From: Octopus sinensis
Taxonomy: Eukaryota
Assembly: GCF_006345805.1 (NCBI RefSeq)
Contig: NW_021832733.1
Location: forward strand, 1 to 32,979
DNA: 32,979 nucleotides
Direction of reading: 5' to 3'
This document shows positions 24,556 to 32,979 of this stretch, piece after piece. Below the pieces are notes generated by a model. That model was not told the DNA's origin. It did no database searches and saw only the letters and a list, made by a program, of their open reading frames with translations. The position numbers were made by a program, and so were the translations under genes. The number at the start of each line of letters is the position of its first letter. The stretch's first letter is position 1.

Positions 24556-24971
24556 TCGGCGAGCTGGCAGAAACGTTAGCACGCCGGGCGAAATGCGTAG
24601 CCGTATTTCGTCTGCCGTTACGATCTGAGTTCAAAATCCGCCGAGGTCGACGTTACCTTTCATCATTTCGGGGTCGATAAAATAAGTACCAGATACGCAC
24701 TGGAGTCGATGTAATCGACTTAATTCGTTTGTCTGTCCTTGTTTGTCCCCTCTATGTTTAGCCCCTTGTGGGTAGTAAAGAAATAGATATTTCGTCTGCC
24801 GCTACGTTCTGAGTTCAAATTCCGCCGAGGTCGACTTTACCTTTCATCCTTTCGGGGTCGATAAATTAAGTACCAGTTACGCACTGGAGTCGATGTAATC
24901 GACTTAATTCGTTTGTTTGACCTTGTTTGTCCCCTCTCTGTTTAGCCCCTTGTAGGTAATAAAAAAACAGG
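24556..24971 (+). mobile_element. SINE family A dimer (full unit plus 184-bp unit) within one TSD
   Basis: Second unit starts at 24788 (tatttcgtctgcc); TSD tattatgaccaaaag at 24541-24555 and 24972-24986. Confidence 0.92.
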
Positions 24972-25319
24972 TATTATGACCAAAAGAATTCCAGACTGCG
25001 TGACCATCCTTCCTTAGCGTTGACTAGAAATGAAATATTCAGTATATCCTTTGATTTATAATCGATAAGTTGTAACGTAATGGATACCTGACTATTATTT
25101 CTAGAAATTGAAATGATCGCACAGGTAGCCCTACTTGACTTGTTATGTCAGGTAGAGTAGATCTAAGATGCACTTCTGTATATTCGCTTAAGAAGGGAAA
25201 ATAAGATATTTAGTCACAAATGCACGACTGCTGTATTCATTAGCTGTATACTGTTACTGAAATTTAGTGACCAGCAATCAGCTATCCCCCTCTTTACATT
25301 CAGTTCTGGTATAGGACAC

Positions 25320-25965
25320 AATTTTGTCCGTTTCTACGTCCTGAGTTCAAATTCCGCCGAGGTTGGCTCTACCTTCCATTCTTGGATGAATATAGTCAGC
25401 CTGTAATGATATGCATAAGATCTGGTCATCAAATCTAAGAAGAGATTTCAAACTTAAAATCTTCAAAGCCACAGTCGAACTAATTATACTATATGGCTCA
25501 GAAACCTGGACGTTATCAAAGAAGCTTGAGAGGCGGTTGGATGGAACCTACACTCGCCTCCTTATGAGAGCTCAAAATATCTCGTGGAAGCGTCATCCAA
25601 CCAAAGTACAACCACCCGTATCATCTCTTGTGAAAGGTAGAAGAGTCCAGTTTGCTGGACATTGTTGTAGAGCTGAAAACGAGGCAATTTCTACTCTTCT
25701 CATCTGGAAGCCATCTGCTCGAGAGACCAGAGGGCGCACACTCTCCTACCCTGATGTAATCTCCAGGGATACAGGCATCCAGCAATAGGATCCCTATAAT
25801 GCTATGATGGACCGTGAAGTCTGGCGTAGCATAGTAAATTCTATTGTCTCGACCACGGTCGAACAATGATGACGATGATGACTACGTTGACCACAGTATC
25901 AATGTAATTGACCAGACTATTCTCCAACAAAAATTAAAGCCTTCAGCCTGTAGTAGAAAAACTAT
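25320..25965 (+). mobile_element. Old family-A-like SINE split by an RTE insertion
   Basis: ctgagttcaaattccgccgaggttggctctaccttccat before 25390; cagtatcaatgtaattgacc after 25885. Confidence 0.55.
25396..25881 (+). mobile_element. RTE-clade LINE 3' end, 5'-truncated
   Basis: MHKIWSSNL..KLKIFKATVELIILYGSETWTL..LDGTYTRLL..RRVQFAGHCCR..; in-frame stop at 25786-25788, then AMMDREVWR..EQ* (25869) and a (GAT)n tail. Confidence 0.88.
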
Positions 25966-26082
25966 ATTTATTTACTTGTATTCCTCTATTGGTCTATATT
26001 TATCATTTCAAGACAGCGAACAGGTAATGTGGGTGACACTGTAAAAAGAATGTCTTTGTGTATGCCTTTAGATTCCCGATAC

Positions 26083-26292
26083 TTAGCACGCCGGGCGAAA
26101 TGCTTCGCGGTATTTCGTCTGCGGCTACGTTCTGAGTTCAAATTCCGCCGAGGTCGACTTTGCCTTTTGTCCTTTCGGGGTCGATAAATTAAGTACCATT
26201 TACGCACTGGGGTCGATATAGTCGACTTAATCCGTTTGTCTGTCCTTGTTCGTTCCCTCTATGTTTAGCCCCTTGTGAGTAGTAAAGAAATA
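26083..26292 (+). mobile_element. SINE family A, slightly 5'-truncated, with TSD
   Basis: TSD gatacttagc at 26078-26087 and 26293-26302, sharing ttagc microhomology with the SINE 5' junction. Confidence 0.9.
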
Positions 26293-27255
26293 GATACTTA
26301 GCTTTCAAATCAAATCATAACGCCTTGCACCCTTTCCAAGCGAATATATAAAACACTTTCGTTGCAATGACAGGATCTCTTCTCTTCCTCAAATTTCCCC
26401 CAATTGTTTGCATTCAGAGAAAGACGGATGAGATCTGTCAGGTTTGGAATATCGAAGACCGCATCCTGTGTTACGATGGTGCCACTATGAATCTATCGGG
26501 TGTTCAGAGACTATGGCTATAAAAATAGATTCACTTCTATTGAGTTATCGATCTTTAATCATCTTCTCGACCGTATGCAGTTCCCAGCATATAATCAGTT
26601 ATTGACAGGTATTCAGTTACTCAACTGTAATCATCTTTTTGAATGTATATTCACCTTTGTTTATCCAGTCACCTCTACAGATTACTGCATTTATTTCATA
26701 AACCTTCCAAAAGAATATATGTTTTATTGTCATTGTATGGTACTTTTTTCTTTCATTCATTCTGTAATATTCCTTGAGTAGATTTGTCAAATTTTTTCCC
26801 TGCTGATATTTCAGTCATTTCCATTTCTGAAATTTATGTCTTAAAAGGTATTTTTTCTCAACAATTGTTCATTGTTAACCCAGCCATCACCGCATTGATT
26901 GCTGCTGATAATCTCCTGTCGCGGAGATTACTTCCTGCAATCGTAGTAAAAAGATAAATAGCATTTTTTCTTCTCGTAAATGTCGTGAAATTCAATAGAA
27001 AACATGGGGATTTATCCATGTAGCTCTGATTAGAATTTCGTAGTGAGATCCAATCACTTCGACCATGTAATAAAAGAACGTCTTTTGTGTAGGAAAATAC
27101 CCTATGGATGTTTCGAAACAGATTTGAAAAGCTGTTGATGAAAAACTTTCACTCGGCGCAACGAAAGATATAGATTCGACAAAGGAAATGTAGTGACGGA
27201 ACTATGGAGAAACAAATCAAAGGTTGATGGGTGATAACATTTTTTTATTTAAGTA

Positions 27256-27649
27256 CTAGCAGTATCACCCGGCGTTGCTCAGGTTTGTTTCGACCCTTTA
27301 GAATTGGAATTTTTGGAAACTAAAAATTTTGCATTATTTAGCTTGTTATTCTCTTTAAGTGAACATTTTTTCTGGTTGAAATACACCAAAAAATGGTGAC
27401 ACAGCAGTAGAAAAATCGTAAATAAATAGGGATTTTCATAGAAAAAAAGCACCTTTTTGATGTAAATAATCTTTGGTGTTAACATGGTCCGATTTGAAAT
27501 TTTTCTTCTACGGAAAGAAAAGCAAGCCTTCTTCTATCATACTCTCAATTTTGGTCAACTTGTGCTGCAGGGTCTCGGAGGAGATAATGTTAGTTGAAGG
27601 CTACCAAACCTGCCATACACAGACAACTTCAGCTTTATATATAGAGAGA
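27256..27649 (-). mobile_element. Non-autonomous Helitron, third subfamily
   Basis: Minus strand A|TCTCTCTATATATAAAG...aaacctgagcaacgccgggtgatactgCTAG|T. Confidence 0.8.
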
Positions 27650-27674
27650 TGTTGCAGTAGTAAACAAATGGTTA

Positions 27675-28572
27675 CTCTCTTTTACTCTTTTTACCATTTT
27701 ACTTGTTTCAGGCATTTGACTGTGGCCATGCTGGAGCACCGCCTTTAGTCGAGCACATCGACCCCCCAGTACTTATTCTTTGCAAGCCTAGTACTTATTC
27801 TTTCGGTCTCTATTTGCCGAACCGCTAAGTCACGGGTTCGTAAACAGACCAGCATCGGTTGTAAGACGATGTTGGGGAGACACAGACACACACACATACA
27901 TACATACATACATACATGCATACATACATACATACATACATACATACACACATACATGCATACATACATACATACATACATACATACATACATACACACA
28001 TACATGCATACATACATACATACATGCATACATACATGCATACATACATACATGCATGCATGCATACATACATACATACATACATACACACACACATACA
28101 TACATACATACATACATACATACATACATACATGCATGCATACATACATACATACATACATACACACACACATACATACATACATACATACATGCATGCA
28201 TGCATACATACATACACACATACATACATACATGCATACATACATACACACATACATACATACACACATACATACATGCATACATACATTCATACATACA
28301 TACATACATACATACATTCATGCATACATGCATGCATACATACATAAATACATACATACATACATACACACATACATACATACATACACACATACATACA
28401 TACACACATACATACACACATACATACATACATACATACATAATACATACATACATACATACATGCATGCATACATACATAATACATACATACATACATA
28501 CATACATACACACATACATGCACACATACATACATACATACATACATACACACACACACATACATACATACA

Positions 28573-28606
<34 letters not shown>

Positions 28607-28645
28607 CATATATATATCCATATATATGACGGGCTTCTTTCAGTT
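27675..28645 (-). mobile_element. SINE family B lacking its head, with a greatly expanded central microsatellite
   Basis: 3' half at 27675-27890; the flank gacgggcttctttcagtt at 28628-28645 closes the repeat. Confidence 0.85.
27890..28627. repeat. (TACA)n with TGCA/CACA variants, ~730 bp
   Basis: Directly visible; explains all the MYVC/HTYI ORFs here. Confidence 0.95.
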
Positions 28646-28889
28646 GAAAATTATATAAAAATCAAGAATTAATCGTATACCGGTTTCTTCTATTGCCGAA
28701 TAGATTACTTACGTAACCCTTCGACCTATAAACACATGTATGTACGCATATTTAATTTCCTTAACATAAGGGATGATGACTCGCAGTCACTTTTCTACAC
28801 ATCATGTTGGAACTCGATCACATCGTTGTGAACGAACATCATATATCAGCCTCTGTGTCGAGAATATTTTCATTTAAAAAACAACAATA

Positions 28890-29045
28890 GGCGTAGGAGT
28901 GGCTGTGTGGTAAGTAGCTTGCTTACCAACCACATGATGGTTCTGGGTTCATTCATACTGCGTGGCTCCTTGGGAAAGTATCTTCTACTATAGCCTCGGG
29001 TCGACCAAAACCTTGTGAGTGGATTTGGTAGACGGAAGCTGAAAG
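28890..29045 (+). mobile_element. SINE family B, 5' half
   Basis: ggcgtaggagtggctgtgtggtaagtagcttgc...gtagacggaagctgaaag. Confidence 0.9.
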
Positions 29046-29380
29046 GGATGTGTGCAAGCGCGACCTGAGGACTGCCAACATCTGTGTGGACACGTGGGAG
29101 GTAACAGCTGCTGACCGCTCTGCCTGGCGTCGGACAGTGAGGAAAGGCGTTTCCATGGCTGAGGAAAGGAGAGTACAGCTGTGGTCGGACAGGCGGGACA
29201 GGAGGAGGACAACTGCAGCAACACCCCACACGTACCCATCGATGTTCGTGTGCAGTAAGTGTACCAGGGACTGCCACTCTAGAATTGGACTGTTCAGTCA
29301 CAGCAGACGCTGCTCATCGTCAAAGTAGGTCCCCACCCTTGGCGCGACCCATTGTCTATCAAGACAGATGGGACAAAAGA
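29046..29380 (+). mobile_element. RTE-clade LINE 3' end with C-terminal zinc finger
   Basis: CKRDLRTANICVDTWEVTAADRSAWRRTVRKG...FVCSKCTRDCHSRIGLFSHSRRC; 3'UTR stem-loop cccattgtct-atca-agacagatggg (29348-29372). Confidence 0.88.
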
Positions 29381-29494
29381 TATATATATATATATATTAT
29401 ATATAATAATAAATATTAGGGAATAAATCCAAATTTACAGGGAAAAAATCAGATTTAGGATTAAATCCAATTTTATAGTAAAATATTATAAAAT

Positions 29495-29651
29495 ATTATT
29501 AGAGACAAAACCACTATTTTGCAAAACAGACAAGGAAAGACTTAATCAATACATAAAATTTTAATATTAAAATATTAAAATATTAAAATTTATGTATTGA
29601 TTAAGTCTTTCCTTGTTTGTTTTGCAAAATAGTGGTTTTGTCTCTAATAAT
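29495..29651. repeat. Near-perfect palindrome, ~70-bp arms
   Basis: attattagagacaaaaccactattttgcaaaacagacaaggaaagacttaatcaatacataaa followed by its reverse complement with one substitution. Confidence 0.92.
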
Positions 29652-29654
29652 TTT

Positions 29655-29692
<38 letters not shown>

Positions 29693-29929
29693 GTGTATGT
29701 GTTTATATGTGCATACACACACACACACATAGCTACATACAAACATAGGTGTATACTCATGCATACCGATGCACATATATACGCACAAACATATAAAATG
29801 GGCAGTGCCAACGACAGTTAAAGAAGTTGCAAAACGCAACGAAAATTTTAGAAGAAAAGCTAGAAATCGAACCGGTGAGTGTGTTAAATAATAAGGCACT
29901 AAAAGAACATGACTCCTCACAAACAATAT

Positions 29930-29989
<60 letters not shown>

Positions 29990-30075
29990 TATATAATATC
30001 TATATCTCATCTCCCTCTCTTCACCTATATATATATATTCCACCTAGGGTTCTGTGTTATAGTGTGGGTATGTGT

Positions 30076-30109
<34 letters not shown>

Positions 30110-30121
30110 TAAAAGTATAAC

Positions 30122-30431
30122 AAATTTCGAATGGTACAACAATGCACTATAACACAGACAATGGGCTGTGTATACCTGTTCTAATTTAGTCATCCATAGT
30201 CTGATATGATATTTCGGAATAACATTCCTTCTTCAGGTATTCTTGGATGGAGTCGCTGCTACAATTGCTTTTCTAACGCGTTTAAAAAAAAAGGAAAAAC
30301 CGTTTGAAAAAACAATTGTAGCAGCGAATATTATTCGGAAATATCATATCAGACTATGGATGACTAAATTACAAAAAGTATACATAGCCCATTGTCTGTA
30401 TTACAGTGCATTGTCGTACAATTCAAAACTT
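30122..30431. mobile_element. Fold-back/MITE-like element with long diverged inverted arms
   Basis: acaatgcact..cagacaatgggct..taatttagtcatccatagtctgatatgatatttc..gctgctacaattg on the left, reverse complement on the right; ~27-nt insertion in the left arm. Confidence 0.8.
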
Positions 30432-30482
30432 TTAATTCTTTACAAACAATACACAATGCTTCAAGCGAACAATAATGCTCAC

Positions 30483-30525
<43 letters not shown>

Positions 30526-30531
30526 TATATC

Positions 30532-30562
<31 letters not shown>

Positions 30563-30576
30563 TACATATATATAAC

Positions 30577-30618
<42 letters not shown>

Positions 30619-30657
30619 TATATATATATAATATATATATAATTATATATATATATA

Positions 30658-30842
30658 CTTTATAATTAGGGTTCAGCAAAGATTACTTCACCACATACCG
30701 AAGTTTAGAAATACCAGTAAAAAAATCTTAGCTATTCCTTCTACTCCCAGAAAATTAGAAGGAATAGCTAAGATTTTTTGACTGGTATTTCTAAACTTCG
30801 GTATGTGGTGAAGTAAATCTTTGCTGAACCCTAATTATAAAG
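30658..30842. repeat. Near-perfect palindrome, ~86-bp arms, 12-nt spacer, flanked by (TA)n
   Basis: 30658-30743 versus 30756-30842; spacer ctcccagaaaat. Confidence 0.92.
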
Positions 30843-30856
30843 TATATATATATATA

Positions 30857-31075
30857 GCAGTCAAAAAATCTTAGCTATTCCTTTTACTTTTCTGGGAGTA
30901 GAAGGAATAGCTAAGATTTTTTTACTGGTATTTCTAAACTTCGGTATGTGGTGAAGTAAATCTTTACTGAACGCTAATTATAGTATTACTTAAGTATTAC
31001 TTAAGCTTAATGCCGAATTCTACTTGGCGAAATTAATGATTACTTCTTAATTAATTAATTTTACCCTTTGTTATT
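30857..31075 (-). repeat. Second, inverted copy of the same element end with a short native hairpin
   Basis: 30859-30983 is the reverse complement of ~30661-30784 including the spacer, then continues in unique AT-rich sequence to (TA)n. Confidence 0.8.
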
Positions 31076-31404
31076 ATATATATATATATAATATAAAGTA
31101 TAGAAGCCATCTTAACATGGCTAACCACATAGGGGAGGGGGTGTTACTGTAGCTTTATAGCCCCAAGAGATCGTCGTCTCCAGCTGGCTTTAGACACCAT
31201 TCCAGTGCCCTTGAAATATTTGCAAAGGGAGGCCATCCCTTCCTCGCAAGCCTGAGTCATACGCTCGGACTAATTTCGGGATTCTTGGTCCCTTGTCAAC
31301 GGGCGGTTACCACCAGGTCGCGATGAAAGAGAAGGCCACCTTGCAAATATATAAGAGTTTTTCTAGTGACGTCTGCCACTGATTTCGAAAAACTGACATA
31401 TATC

Positions 31405-31441
<37 letters not shown>

Positions 31442-31531
31442 TATATGTAGGTCCCGGGTTGATCCGGGGTTAACCACAGTAAGTAAGGTACTCAATACAT
31501 AGCAGAGTAAAATTAATTTATTAATAGAAGG

Positions 31532-31578
31532 AGCTTCTACAGGACTAGTACTGTTTCATTCAAGAGAAATCTTCAGGA
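31532..31578 (-). ncRNA. Inverted hammerhead copy, helix I 5' arm truncated
   Basis: Exact reverse complement of 31833-31879. Confidence 0.6.
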
Positions 31579-31828
31579 TTTATTTTTTTATTTTTATTTT
31601 TTTATTTTTTTATTTTTGATTTATTTATTTTTTTTTTTTATTTTATTTATTATTTATTATTTATTTTTATTTTTTTATATCTATTCTTTCATCTAAACTT
31701 ACCACTGACTCCTTGACCACTCCCCCAAGTATGATATTTTGCGCTATGCCTACCCCCAAAAAAGTCCCCCCACACTCTCCTTTAAACCTGCCTAAATGTA
31801 TAAATGCTAATACAATTCTGTGTTAAAT

Positions 31829-31879
31829 AGCTTCCTGAAGATTTCTCTTGAATGAAACAGTACTAGTCCTGTAGAAGCT
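31829..31879 (+). ncRNA. Type I hammerhead ribozyme (PLE/retrozyme-type)
   Basis: agcttc-CTGAAGA-t[ttc tctt gaa]t-GAA-[acag tactagtc ctgt]-A-gaagct: 6-bp helix I, intact core, 4-bp helix III, GUA cleavage triplet ending at 31873. Confidence 0.75.
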
Positions 31880-32799
31880 CCTTCTATAAATAAATATATA
31901 TATATATATTATATATATAGATATATATATATATATATATATAATATATGTATATAATATATATATATAATATATAATTATATATATATATAATAATAAT
32001 ATAATGTGTGTGTGTGTATGCATATGAATATACGTGTGTGAGTGTATACACACGCGCATTTGCAAAATACGTAACTTTGCGAACCCGCTGAAAGAAATGA
32101 AGAATAGAATGTTTCAGGCAGATACATTCTTTAGGGCAAAATTGAAAGGCGAAAACATAATGAGAGTTTATATCTAACGGTTGTAGTTGAAGCTTGCTCT
32201 TCTGGGGCCCATAAAGCTACGTACAGCTCATATAATCCGTAATAGCCTTACTTCAAACATGTGTAGTCTTAATCTTTTGTCAGGGACCAGTTTTTACGTT
32301 AGAACAAATTTACATTAACTCATTTTTCGTAGAATTATAATGGAGATATATCCATTTTTTATAACATAGCTATAACGTAACCAATTAGTTGTTAAGAGTA
32401 AATTATCTCAACAACCAATTACTTAGCAATTAGTAACATAGATAATGGAATAATATGCTGAATTAGTAAACAGAGTGACAAACTGCGGGGGATAAATAGA
32501 GAGAGGGTGATTGTGTAAAAATACTTAAAGAGCATAAAAGGCGATGAAAGGAAAAGCCAAAAGGTATTTTTCTGGTTTATTTTCTGTGTAAATATTTATA
32601 CTAAATGCTCCGAAGTTAAAAGCTTTTCACTATTTTCCTTGCCAAATCTGTGTGTGTGGATACACACACACACACACACAAAATATACACACATTCTGTA
32701 ATACATTCATGCGTTTATCTAAAATTTACAAGTCTGTCAAGCATTTTCTGTCAACCTATGCCTGTGTGATATTGGATGCTCACAAACTCATGCAATACT

Positions 32800-32979
32800 C
32801 ATTTATATATATTATATATATAATATATTATAATATATATAATATATATATATATATATAATATATATATATATGTATATACATACATACATATATATAC
32901 ATATATATATATAATATACACACATACATACATACATACATACATATAAATATATATATATACACAGTCACATACACAT
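32800..32979. repeat. (TA)n/(TACA)n tract
   Basis: Directly visible. Confidence 0.9.

Noticed and set aside
26340-27240. Possible decayed integrase or other coding relic
   Set aside because: Only vague motif similarity; cannot be supported without a search
27745-28672. Long ORFs of 140-267 aa (MYVC/HTYI repeats)
   Set aside because: Translations of the stop-free (TACA)n microsatellite

Overview
AT-rich eukaryotic non-genic DNA, dense in microsatellites and transposable elements. It is most likely octopus (inferred from the tRNA-derived SINE families, recognised from memory). I find no supportable host gene; almost all ORFs in the track are translated microsatellites or antisense repeats. 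Contents: about 20 tRNA-derived SINE copies in several families, three decayed Tc1/mariner transposases, three non-autonomous Helitrons, R4/Dong, RTE and probable Tx1 LINE fragments, a probable Ty3/gypsy gag-protease relic, and Penelope-like (PLE) remnants. Best leads: (i) a near-canonical type I hammerhead ribozyme at 31829-31879 with an inverted partner, plus degenerate hammerhead motifs elsewhere; (ii) exact 184-bp head-to-tail SINE multimers with a self-complementary GAAATA-NN-TATTTC junction, one dimer flanked by a single TSD; (iii) five fold-back structures within 29.5-31.9 kb. All family assignments come from reading motifs by eye; no database search was run.
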